DNA of 63,959 nt, counting the filler, from Octopus bimaculoides (Eukaryota), in the NCBI RefSeq assembly GCF_001194135.2. It is 4 parts of 4 records of this genome, joined end to end, with 100 filler letters (N's around TTAATTAATTAA, not from the genome) between each part and the next. Parts side by side here need not be neighbours in the genome. Positions count along the whole stretch, not along the records: positions 1 to 31,432 come from NC_069000.1; positions 31,533 to 57,518 come from NC_068987.1; 2 more parts are not named here. The stretch is one strand, 5' to 3'. The translations under genes and the position numbers were made by a program. Position 1 is the first letter of the stretch, and each line of letters starts with the position of its first letter. Shown in pieces: positions 28,881 through 40,234 of the stretch. The notes below the pieces were generated by a model, which saw nothing but the letters and a program-made list of their open reading frames with translations, was not told where the DNA came from and did no database searches.

Positions 28881-31285
28881 AAGAGTCTGCAATGGTTCTT
28901 TGACATTTGACATGTTTCTCTCGCAACGTCTTCCTCTTTTGACAGAATATTCTTGAATTATCGTCGCTGTTGTTCTCGTTCTTGTTTAGCCCTAGGTCAG
29001 TCTCAGTCATTCATTCCAACTGTGATTCCAGGACTACATAGTCTAATTCCTTTGTTTTGGTGGGGAGGGGTTTAAGACGTTAGGATGTAATGTGAAGGAA
29101 ACTTAGCTGCTACTTCTAGAAAGTCAATCGCACCGAAAGAATTCCCACCATTGGATCCAATCTACTTGGAGCTTTAATTTCTGTAGAAGGAAGCCTTAAT
29201 TCTTTCACATTTGCTGGATCACGTTGAGTTTTTGGTCCTAATCTTCTCTCTCAGTCTATTTCTCAGTCTTTCTAGTGAGACTGTCTCTAATTTAAAACAG
29301 TCGGGAAGGCATTGTTTACCAATAGGAGACGTCTTTCAGTAGACGTTGTGGTTCTTCCTTATAATGACTGGAGGACACTGACTTCCAATAAGAAACATCA
29401 ATTAGCAGTCACATTGTGCCCCTTTATGGCGGCCCTTTATTATATCCTTTGGACAGCTTAACTCCTTATTATTTTTTCGAAACCATTGTGTAAAGAACTT
29501 GTCCCATAATAGTGTCTCTCTATCATTTTCAGACTCTGAAAGTATTGTCACTACGTAACCCCTGTTTTCTGGGATCATTTTTGTAGTGTTGGCACTTTCC
29601 AGTCTAAGCAATGATAACACGGCAATAACTTCATATTCGGTCTAACTTCCTAGAAATACGTTAAAGTATGCAAATCAGTTTATCCCGCTTACTTTAGCCA
29701 CTAATATCAGTGGGTTTACAAGCAGTGTGTTCGTGGACAGTTAAAGTGGGTGCACAGTTGTTGACGAAGAGATTTTAATTAGGATCGAAACGTGCATCTA
29801 AAACTATTCCCTGTTTTTCTCTCCCACAAACATATTGTATAGTCGTATAGTTTCCAATCATCCTAATGTTTAGTATTCGCTCAAAATCCAGTAAATGTAT
29901 TCTGTTATGTTTTATAGTAATACATTCGTTAGTATTAGCTAACAGTAGACTTCTAATCTCAACGTTTAAACCTCAGAATTCTAAACCATTCTTATATTTC
30001 TAGACGCTGGTTGTTCCTTGTATTACTTTGATGGTATAATGACCAAGAAAAGGGGTCTTTTTTTTTAATCCCGTCTCCCGGACATCTGTTTACCATTTCA
30101 CTTTTAAGTGCTTTTCTTTTAAACCTTATATTTCCTTAATGTTCACTTTTTTCCACCAAAGAATTCCCTTTGTTATTTTTGTTACTTTCTCCTCCTCACT
30201 CATCCCACTTCTAAATCTTCTGTCTGTTTCTTCTTCGCCTCCTTGAAGATAGAAAACACTTTCCGTCGTCTATTCAGATATTTTTATCCTTTGTGTATTA
30301 ACAATTTGTATCAAACCACTTCTATTCCCTCCAGTTATATTTATATAAAACCCACTGCGGTTATTTTGGAGTGATCCTTTCATTGTTGCTGTCCCCTTTG
30401 CTCATCTTTTTCTGCCCCTTGCAAATATAAACTATTCATTTTTGCTATTTTTTTTTTCTTTCACTGCTCTACTTTGGCAGAATCGTTAGAGCATCGGAAA
30501 AATTACTGTGTGGCATTTGTTCTGGCGTCTTACGATCTGAGTTCCTGTCACACCGATGTCAGCTTTTGCTTTTTGTTGTTTCGTTATCGACAAAACAAAG
30601 TACCAGTCAAGTACTGGAGTCGATGTAACCGCCTAACTCTTCCCCTCAAAATTGCTGGCCTTGTGCAAAAATTAGAAAGTTAGCGCGTCGAACAAAATAC
30701 TTAACGGCATTTCTTCTGGCTCTTTACGCCGAGGTCGACTTTGTCTTTCATCATCATCATCATCACCACCACCACCACCACTACCACGAACATCACGGTC
30801 ATTACTACTGCTACTACTACTGCTGCTGCTACTACTATTACTACTACTATCACCATAATTTATAGTGATGGCGGTGGTGGTGAGTTAGGTGACAGTAGAT
30901 TAGGTGGTATCTTCGTCTCGGTAATAGTGGAAGATGTGGTTCTGTTAGTGGTGATGATGGTGGTAGTTTTGGTGGGGATTGTCATGGTGATAATGATTTT
31001 AACGGTGATAATGGTGGTGGTGGTGGTGATGCTGAGAGTGATCGTGGTGGTGATGGTGTGGTCGTCGTCATAGTACCTAGGTGGTGGTGGTGGTGGTGGT
31101 GGTCCAGTACATAACTCCACACCCCTACCAATCCCCAGCGTTATTTTGGGAGTGTGGCACAACGGTACTCCCCACCCTAACCACCCGGAGGGGGAGGGGT
31201 GCTGACCTGCTGCCTCTACAAAGTAATTTCATTTACGTTATATTTCGGAGGGCGAGGGGGTAGGGGATCCTTTGTTATTGTTAGC

Positions 31286-31354
<69 letters not shown>

Positions 31355-31432
31355 AAGCTATTAGCGTAGTTGTTGATGATAATGGCGGTGGTGGTGATGT
31401 TGATGATGATGATGATGATGATAATGATGATA

Positions 31433-31532
31433 NNNNNNNNNNNNNNNNNNNNNNNNNNNNNNNNNNNNNNNNNNNNTTAATTAATTAANNNNNNNNNNNN
31501 NNNNNNNNNNNNNNNNNNNNNNNNNNNNNNNN
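31433..31532. other. Assembly spacer: 44 N + TTAATTAATTAA + 44 N (gap of unknown size)
   Basis: The identical 100-bp construct recurs at 57519-57618 and 62180-62279; the linker has stop codons in all six frames. Confidence 0.9.
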
Positions 31533-31603
<71 letters not shown>

Positions 31604-32228
31604 TGTATGTATATGTGTGCGTGTGCGTGAATGTGTAGTCTAAAAAACAATAAACATTAAAAATGATAACACAGCAGAAAACATTTGACAAATTTTGCAT
31701 TAGTTAAACGTTTTAATGGAAAGATAGAGAGTTTTTAAGTTTTAGACATTAGTTCTTCAACAGAAAAAAAGAGAAAAGCATAGGGGAGTAAGAAAAAGAA
31801 ACAGGGAAAAAAAACCGAAAGGTTAGAAACCAATGGGAAAGCTATCCAATGGTAGGGGTAGTTAAGAATAGAAAAGGCAGGTAGGCACATACAAACATTA
31901 AAAGGTATCTGTGCTTGGAAGCAGACATAAGGAGAAGAGGAGAGGTATGTGTGCTTGTGTAGTGTATGTCTATATATATATATATCGATATGTAAATGTA
32001 AGACTAAGAATTTAAGTGTAGGAAGTTTGTAAGCTTCGAGCAGTCCGTAATAGTCATAAAAAAGTAACGTTCAGGAACAATAATAATTTATTGGTGAGGG
32101 TTGTAGGTCCTTCCCATTTCGTAGTTCGATTAAAATAAGAAATTTTTATAGCTCACAGTTAGCAACTTGAGTCGCTATGAATGAGAATAAAAATCTAAAT
32201 TGAAGGAGTTGAACAGGTAAAATTCAGG

Positions 32229-32298
<70 letters not shown>

Positions 32299-32400
32299 CA
32301 TGCTGCTACCACGGGTAAATCCTGATTTCGTAGAAACCCTGCTTTAGAGATTAATATTATCTTCATAACAATTCACGTTGAATTTATATTTTCTATTCAG

Positions 32401-32517
32401 GCAGATTCCTATGCTACCAACCATATTATTTTCACAATGGGAGCCGACTTTCAGTACACGAACGCCGAGAGTTGGTTCACAAACCTGGACAAACTGATTA
32501 AGATCGTCAATGATCAG
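32401..32517 (+). CDS. MAN2B1: MAN2B1-like exon, 117 nt, phase 0/0: [39 protein letters not shown]
   Basis: ttctattcag acceptor, cag|gtaaga donor. Contains the MG(S/A)DF acid/base Asp motif of GH38. Confidence 0.95.
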
Positions 32518-32846
32518 GTAAGACAAAATATATTAAATTTACTTATGCAAAATACTTATTTTCTGCATACTTATATACACGTTACCTGTCCTAGATAAAA
32601 GGACGGGAAATAATTTCAGTTCGTCGACAGATGTACAAATTCTTCATTGAGAACTTCAAAGAAGACTTCCCCTCCCCGACTCTTGTGTGACAGATGACAA
32701 CCGACATGCTTTACCATGTATGTTGCTTAAAATTTCTGAATGTTTTTCAAAGATGCTGCTAGTGTCACCTAACGGGACGAAACTACATTTCGGAAATGTG
32801 ATGTTGAGCCCTTTAATTGCTTCTGCTTTTGCACCACGAGTGAAAA

Positions 32847-32903
<57 letters not shown>

Positions 32904-33020
32904 GTCTGTCTGTCTGTCCATACATACATACATGCGTGCATACACGCACATACACTCATACATATATACATACATACATTATATATGTATACATGTATAT
33001 ATCCAGACAGACATACATAC

Positions 33021-33188
33021 ATGCAAGCATGCATACATACATCATACATGTATATATTCATACATACATCATACATGTATATATTCATACATACATGCAA
33101 GCATGCATACATACGTCATACATGTATATATTCATACATACATCATACATGTATATATTCATACATACATGCAAGCATGCATACATAC
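33021..33188. repeat. Higher-order minisatellite A-B-B-A-B-B-A (A=20 bp, B=27 bp; 74-bp period)
   Basis: A=atgcaagcatgcatacatac, B=atcatacatgtatatattcatacatac; one substitution at 33115. Confidence 0.9.
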
Positions 33189-33325
33189 ATACATACATAC
33201 ATACATACATGTGTGTGTGTATATACACATGGTTGTGTGGTGTAGCAAGAAATTTGTTTCTCAACCCACATAATTCCGGGTTCAGTCAATTATATCCCTG
33301 ACCGTCTGACGGAAGCATACATACA

Positions 33326-33424
<99 letters not shown>

Positions 33425-34292
33425 ACTGTATGACTGAATTATAGACTGAACCCGGAACTATGTGAGAAGTATATATATGTGAGAAGTATATATATGTGAG
33501 AAGTATATATATATGTGTATGTATACGTGTGTGTGTGTGTGTGCGTATGCGTGTGTGTGCGTATGCGCGTGTGTGCGTTTGAGTGTACATATCAAAGAAG
33601 CATTAACCAAAATATCTTGCTTTCTCATATTAGTCTCTATCAACATCAATATGTTGGTATTTAATGCATCATAGACATACAACACACACACACACACACA
33701 CAACGCACGCACACGCACGTACACGCACGCACGCACGCACGCACGCACGCACGAACACATTGAAAGGACTGATGTAGCGAAAAGAAAAAAAAGGGCTTGT
33801 CGGAAGCTGGTCGTTACATTGTTAGTCATCGAAAATTTGATTGGTTGCCAAACGGCCAATCAGTCAGCAAACGTACTATACTTTTACCTATTTAATTGTT
33901 CGTCCGTTCACATGTAGAAACATGCAATATTATTCATGTCTTGAATGTAATATATCTAAAGCTTATAGAATCAAGGAAGATCACTATTGTTCATTTTGTT
34001 TTATTGCTGACAAAACGGTTAGATTATTTTCCAGTATTTAAGCGTATTTTAAGATATGGTAGATGTATTACGTGTGTAATAATTTATTTCAGCCATTTGA
34101 GTGTTGGACATTTCTCAGTGAATTTTGACACGAGTATTTGCAATAATGTATTGTTATATTTGATTATGGTCATCTTTTTGCCAATAAACATATGCACTAT
34201 ATCTGACCTTCACTTTATTATTACTACCATAAAGGCGGCGAGCGGCAGAATCGTTAGCACACAGCAGTATTTCGTCCGTCTTCACGTTCTGA

Positions 34293-34626
34293 ATCTTGGG
34301 GTTAGTTGTCCACGCTATTAACCACTACGCCACATGCCCACGAGCATATGGCGTAGTGGTTAAGAGTGCGGGCTACTGACCCCAAGATTCCGAGTTCGAT
34401 TCCAGGCAGTGACATGAATAATAATAATAATAATAATAACAATATCGAAAAATATCTTAAGAATGAGAACCCAGGTTTGAAACTTCCTCAAGGCACATGA
34501 TGAAGGCTGGAGGATATATCAGCCGAAACGTTGTGTTAACAACAAACAAGATGAGGACAAATATCTGTCAATTGTAAATAATGTAAATAATGTACATAAT
34601 TCCTCATTTCTTAAATATAGAACTGT
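34293..34626 (+). mobile_element. tRNA-headed SINE-like insertion with inverted head duplication and hammerhead-like 3' part
   Basis: A-box tggcgtagtgg (34349-34359), B-box gagttcgattcc (34392-34403), 46-bp inverted repeat, flanking 24-bp duplication. Confidence 0.7.
34492..34537 (+). ncRNA. Minimal type-I hammerhead-ribozyme-like motif (C3>A in this copy, probably inactive)
   Basis: ggcac-ATGATGA-a-ggctg(10 nt)cagcc-GAAA-C-GTT-gtgtt. Stem I ggcac/gtgtt, stem II ggctg/cagcc, palindromic AACGTT in place of stem III. Confidence 0.55.
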
Positions 34627-34839
34627 AGCATTTCGTTCGTCTTCACGTTCTGAGTTCAAATTTCGCCAAAGTCGACTTTGCCTTTCATCCTTTCGGAGTT
34701 GATAAATTAAGTACCAATAAAACTTTGGAGTCGATTACATCGACTAGTTCTCTCACCACAAATTTCAGGCCCTCATCCAATCGGACAGTGCGATAGGTAG
34801 AACGTCCATTTTAGCCTTTTATAAAAGATTAGTGGGGGA

Positions 34840-35425
34840 AAAGCGCGACAACGTTTTGGGTGGGTGGGGGGACTTTGGTTGGGCATCGAAGAAGATCAGC
34901 TGGTCACTCTTTTCTGTAGAACTTTCGAACGGGGACCAATGGATAATTTCCAAAATTCTCTCGCCTGGCAGTGCTACCGGGGAACTTTGCCTGTTCGAGA
35001 TAAACTTTACAGGCACGGAAGTGCCGTCAGCCGAGCATTTCCGAGACAGTCTTGCATTCACTTGTCCAGTGCCCGAGCATTGATGACCTGTGGGTCTATG
35101 TGGAACACTTGCTGTCGCGTGTGGGACGGATTCGGCAGTCAGCTGAATCTATTGAGAAGATCTCCTTGCCGCCTTCCTTTAGCCGGGAAGGAAAGGCTGT
35201 TTTTATATGTCTGGTGGCCATGTCGAAAGAGGTTGTATGGTAGACGAGATTGAAGGGGCTGAAGCCAAACGCTTTTCTTTTTGGCCAGTCCCTTATGAAC
35301 TACTTGAAAAGGAAAATAAGGGTAGAGAGGGACGTATTGTCTTCTAACCAGTTTGCTGACAGCTGGATGAAAGTGGCGAGAATGGTGCGAGTGAACGGGT
35401 CTGCCATGAGCATACGCCTGTAGTT
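34840..35425 (+). mobile_element. Degenerate Tx1/L1-like LINE ORF2 3' end
   Basis: NFQNSLAWQCYRGTLPVRDKLYRHG...LH.LVQCPSIDDLWVYVEHLLSR...KAVFICLVAMSKEVVW. Confidence 0.75.
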
Positions 35426-35760
35426 GGGAAAAAAAAAGGGAAGGAAAAAAGGCACTTACCCCATAGTTTTTATGGGATTTTTCCATGAGGAGCCTTCAAA
35501 TGTCTCTTCCATATTGAGGACTGCACATTGTTGATTTAAGAAAAAAAAAAAAAAGTTAGTCTTGTTAACACGCAATACCCTAATAACACACACTCACACA
35601 CATACACTCACGCATTCTTTGTTTTGTCCTGTGCTGTCCATAATGTTTTTCTTAATGTAAAATTGTTGTGGTTAATAAAGAAATTATTATTATAATTATT
35701 ATTATTATTATTATTGTTGTTGTTGTTGTTGTTGTTGTTGTTATTATTATTATTATTACG

Positions 35761-35960
35761 AAGGCAGTGAGTCAGCAGAATCGCTAGCACGCCGAGCTAA
35801 ATGCTTAGCAGCATTTCGTCCATCTTCAGGTTCTGAGTTCAAATTCCACCGAGGACGGCTTTACCTTTCATCCTTCTGGGGTCGATAAAATAAGTACCAG
35901 TTGAGTACTGAGGTCGATGTAATCAACTCACCACCTCTCCCGGAATTGCTGACCTTGTGC
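35761..35960 (+). mobile_element. Abundant SINE family copy
   Basis: aaggcagtgagtcagcagaatcgctagcacgccg...gagttcaaattccaccgagg...gggtcgataaaataagtacc. Confidence 0.75.
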
Positions 35961-35978
35961 CAAAATTATTATTATTAA

Positions 35979-36013
<35 letters not shown>

Positions 36014-36330
36014 GATTATTTGTCAGTGTTCTTTCGTCATACATTTTGTGTCCTCTTCAACGACTTTCTGTCTCTCGTGTCTCCTTCTCCCTTGTCTATT
36101 CCATTTTGTCTTTTTATTTCAACACATGATTTCTCATCAAGAATCTTGCAAAACAAATGCATAAATGTATCTGCAATAACTTACCAATTCCGATTTTTTG
36201 TTCAAAATCGCAAAGGCTGTAATAAAGATATTATACGTTCCTGAGAGGTGAGGAACCCATTTGCTAAATTCACTAACGTAAGCGACCGTATGTTTATAAA
36301 GGACTAATTTGTTTTAATTGCGAGAAGCTA

Positions 36331-36515
36331 GTGGCCGGTTGGTTTGGGCGTCGAATTCATGATCGTAAGATCGTAGTTTCGATTCCCGGACCGGGCGGTG
36401 CGTCGTGTTTATGAGCAAAATACTTCATTTCAAGTTGCACCCGTCTACTCAGCTGTAAATGAGTTCCAGCAATAGCTGAGAAACTAATCATGCAATGGAC
36501 CGGCGTCCCATTTCA
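36331..36515 (+). mobile_element. Diverged tRNA-derived SINE
   Basis: B-box-like gtttcgattccc, middle domain gagcaaaatacttcatttc...ctcagctgtaaatgag, then tgcaatggaccggcgtccca. Confidence 0.55.
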
Positions 36516-37038
36516 GAGTGAGTTCCTTAACAGCCAAGGAAACCAGTTTAAGCGCCGGTCTAAAGATCTTTTAAAGACTAAAAAGATCGTAAAGACCAAA
36601 ATGATTTTATGCTATCACTTTTTGAATTCCATTAAACTTCCATTATGGCGTAACAGTTATATTAGCTATCACGTACTTCAACGACATAGATAAAATTTTA
36701 TATTTTGCTTTGAAAATCCTGACTTCTTCCTGAACACCACATGTAGGGATCTTAAAGATTGCAGTTTCCATCTTTCTGGATTGTAGTGACGTACAAAATG
36801 CTTCACGATATTTGAGTTCAAATCCCGCTGAGGTGGCCTTTTCCCATTTCTCCTTACGGAGATCGATCGCATAAACGTCAGTTGAATATTGGAGTAGTAC
36901 TAACTGAAGCTTTAATACCACTGTTTAATTCTAATACTAATACTACTACTAATGATAATAATAATAATAATGATGATGATGATGATGATGATATCTATTA
37001 TATGTTAATTATTTCCATTGTCTTTGATAAAACAACAG

Positions 37039-37242
37039 CAAGCGAGTGGAAGCAAGATGAATGCCCTCTACTCCACGCCATCCTGTTACATCTACAATTT
37101 GAACAAAGTAAACAAAACATGGACTGAGAAAACCGATGATTTCTTTCCTTACGCTCACAAACGTCATGCTTTCTGGACAGGTTATTACACCAGTCGGGCC
37201 GCGTTTAAACGTTATGTCCGAGAGAGCAACAACATGTTACAA
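37039..37242 (+). CDS. MAN2B1: MAN2B1-like exon, 204 nt, phase 0/0: [17 protein letters not shown]...[36 protein letters not shown]
   Basis: aacaacag acceptor, caa|gtaagc donor. Lies inside ORF 37018..37500; YSTPSCY, DDFFPYA and WTGY motifs. Confidence 0.95.
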
Positions 37243-37339
37243 GTAAGCGCACTGGTTTCTCTTATATTCGCTTCAGCATTATACATAGATACATACATAC
37301 ATACATACATACATACATACATACATACATGCATACATG

Positions 37340-37560
37340 TTGGTGGTTGTCTACTCCTTACACAGAGTTTGACCACCTCCTGCACCTACACTTTAGCCCT
37401 TTCATGGCGTCTGATGTGGCTTTTTAAACCAGACAGTGTTTTGAAAAAAACACCCACACAGATTGCACCTCTGATTTGCACTACCAATACCTGCAAGTAA
37501 AAGTTCTGCTCATTGTGGATCCTAACATGTCTTTTAAGACCCCCATTGGATTTGCAAACC
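37340..37560 (-). mobile_element. Probable RTE-like LINE 3' end with two C2H2-like fingers and (TATG)n tail
   Basis: Minus frame VCKSNGGLKRHVRIH...[20 protein letters not shown], stop, short UTR, TATG repeats. Upstream part is in a gap. Confidence 0.5.
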
Positions 37561-38041
37561 NNNNNNNNNNNNNNNNNNNNNNNNNNNNNNNNNNNNNNNN
37601 NNNNNNNNNNNNNNNNNNNNNNNNNNNNNNNNNNNNNNNNNNNNNNNNNNNNNNNNNNNNNNNNNNNNNNNNNNNNNNNNNNNNNNNNNNNNNNNNNNNN
37701 NNNNNNNNNNNNNNNNNNNNNNNNNNNNNNNNNNNNNNNNNNNNNNNNNNNNNNNNNNNNNNNNNNNNNNNNNNNNNNNNNNNNNNNNNNNNNNNNNNNN
37801 NNNNNNNNNNNNNNNNNNNNNNNNNNNNNNNNNNNNNNNNNNNNNNNNNNNNNNNNNNNNNNNNNNNNNNNNNNNNNNNNNNNNNNNNNNNNNNNNNNNN
37901 NNNNNNNNNNNNNNNNNNNNNNNNNNNNNNNNNNNNNNNNNNNNNNNNNNNNNNNNNNNNNNNNNNNNNNNNNNNNNNNNNNNNNNNNNNNNNNNNNNNN
38001 NNNNNNNNNNNNNNNNNNNNNNNNNNNNNNNNNNNNNNNNN

Positions 38042-38395
38042 NTCTCAAAACCAGAAAGGAGAAAGCTGATTCGAAGAGTACAGATCCAATCCATCACTAG
38101 AACTGTAAAAATCTGTAAAACTTTCCAGAAGTTTATCATTTAAGTACATATGAGCATGTCTACACATGCAAGTATATGCAGGAGAATACATACATAAAAA
38201 AAAACATTAAAATCTGCACGTATTCATACGTACGTACATACATACATACGTACATACATACATACATAAAAACAAACAAAAATGCCCTGTTGATGTTATT
38301 TAAATTCCAATAAGAGAGCCTTGGATCTAGGGTTAGAAATCGGTTCTTTTTCTATTGGCAAGAAATAAAACCGAATAATGACATACATACGTACA
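38042..38395 (+). mobile_element. R4/Dong-like LINE 3' end and UTR with (CATA)n tail
   Basis: ERRKLIRRVQIQSITRTVKICKTFQKFII*; reverse-complement copy at 56300-56590. Confidence 0.7.
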
Positions 38396-38766
38396 TACAT
38401 ACATGCATACATACATACATACATACATACATACATACGTACGTACGTACGTGCGTACTACGTATGTACGTACGTACATACATACGCAAACGCACATACA
38501 CAATCATACAGATATAGGTATATATCTAAATATCCATATACTTACATGCATACTTACATTTCTTCATATGTGATCGGTATCTTGGGCGAGTTCCCGCTTA
38601 CTATATATAGCTTTATGTGAACTATCAGTGAAATTTGGTAGGCGGAAACTATGCAGAAGTGGGCCATAAATACACACACATATATGTACACGCACGCACA
38701 CATATATATATGTATGTATGTATATATGTACGTATATATATACATATATATAGGTACATATGTATG

Positions 38767-38832
<66 letters not shown>

Positions 38833-39244
38833 CATACATTACATGCACACACACACATACATATGCATATGTATTTCTATATATGCATTTGTATGTAGAA
38901 GTATGTAGTGATCAACCAAAATTTTATAAGTCAAAGTGCAATGCTCTTAACGTGATGAAGGCAAAGTTATTTTCTATACTTTTACAGCTATAGAAACTAA
39001 TCGATCCATGCTATTACCAAAATCCACTCAAAATGATTGAGCACTTATCAAATTTGGTTAATACTTACTCCTGTCTCTCGCAAGAAAACGATTTACTGTA
39101 GGGACAAATGAATTATTCCACTGCTTCCACATGTGTTATGAGCCGGCTAGCGAAAGAACTAAACCAGATGTAGGTAAATTGCGGCCCTCGAGTTTATCTG
39201 AATGGCAAGCCAACGAAAAATTAGCTGGAGTAGTTATTAGTAGT

Positions 39245-39645
39245 AAGGACAGCGAGATGGCAGAATCATCAGCGCGTCGGACAAAATGCTTAGCCGCATT
39301 TGGTCCGTCATTACATTCAGAGTTCTAATTCTGCCGATGTCGACTTTGCCTTTTACCTTTCGGGTACGTTAAAATAAGAATCAGTTGTGCACTGAGGTCG
39401 ATGTAATTGACTCGTCCCTTTCCCCAAAATTGCTGACATTTGAAACCGATATTTAATAGCAGTAGGGCGGTGAAGTGGAAGAACCGCTAGCACGCCGTGC
39501 AAAATACTTAGCGGCATTTCGTCCGTCTTTACGTTCTAAATTCAAATTCACCTTTCACTGTCGATAAAATAAGTTCCAGTTGAGCACTTGGATCAATGTA
39601 ATCGACTTCCTGGAAATTGTTGGAGTTCTGCCAAAACTAGAAACC
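39245..39645 (+). mobile_element. Two tandem diverged copies of the abundant SINE family
   Basis: Heads at about 39245 (aaggacagcgagatggcagaatc) and about 39465 (agggcggtgaagtggaagaaccgctagcacgccg). Confidence 0.65.
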
Positions 39646-39921
39646 AATGTTTATTATTCGCGTGGCCCGCTTGATAACGAATCATGTTTCATTCGGCCCA
39701 CTTGAAGAAAAGGGTTGCCTTTGCCTGAACAAAACGAAGCCGAATGTCAAGGTAGGGAACAACATTAGGTTTATCTGCAAGTGACCTTCTTTCAGTTATC
39801 TTTATGGTTAAGATAAGATAGATAGGAAAAAGTATTTTCATAGAATGCATATAACACGAACGGGACTTAGTGAAATTTCATGAGTATATATTAATTCATG
39901 ACACTTACTTTCTTTCTTCAG

Positions 39922-39982
39922 GTGTGTAAACAGGCGAATGTTTTAGCCAAGCTTGGACAGAGCGCGAAGGTAGATGACCTTT
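39922..39982 (+). CDS. MAN2B1: MAN2B1-like exon, 61 nt, phase 0/1: VCKQANVLAKLGQSAKVDDL(W)
   Basis: tttcttcag acceptor, t|gtaagt donor. Matches VCxQL following 'LQ'; phase fits the next exon. Confidence 0.9.
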
Positions 39983-40026
39983 GTAAGTATTCTTTTCATC
40001 TAACTTAATGTTACTTTTTTTTTTTT

Positions 40027-40234
40027 GTGGAGGTGCAATGGCCCAGTGGTTAGGGGAGCGGACTCGTGGTCATAGGATCGCGGTTTCGATTCCCAGACCG
40101 GGCGTTGTGAATGTTTATTGAGCGAAAATACCTAAAAGCTCCACGAGGCTCCGGCAGGGGATGGTGGCGAACCCTGCTGTACTCTTTCACCACAACTTTC
40201 TCTTACTTCCTGTTTCTGTTGTGCCTGTAATTCA
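40027..40234 (+). mobile_element. tRNA-derived SINE, 5' 208 bp running into an N-gap
   Basis: A-box tggcccagtgg, B-box ggtttcgattccc; about 93-95% identical by eye to the reverse complement of 46890-47100. Confidence 0.85.

Larger units (their letters stand above)
34232..34770 (+). mobile_element. Abundant-family SINE interrupted by a second element
   Basis: Head at 34232-34292; resumes at about 34627 with atttcgttcgtcttcacgttctgagttcaaa...gtcgactttgcctttcatcc. Confidence 0.75.

Noticed and set aside
29040-29640. Non-repetitive, coding-looking stretch (ORF 29402..29620)
   Set aside because: No recognisable motif in any frame I translated; possibly old TE debris, left uncalled.
29761-29796. 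TTGACGA...GAAACGT hammerhead-like core
   Set aside because: C3 is absent, there are 3 extra nt before stem II, and the cleavage triplet would be GUG.
31477-31488. TTAATTAATTAA islands in gaps as a biological motif (also 57563 and 62224)
   Set aside because: Always centred in exactly 44+44 N; an artificial scaffold linker.
34344-34415. Functional tRNA gene (also other A/B-box heads)
   Set aside because: Acceptor and anticodon stems do not pair properly, and the head continues into a SINE body.
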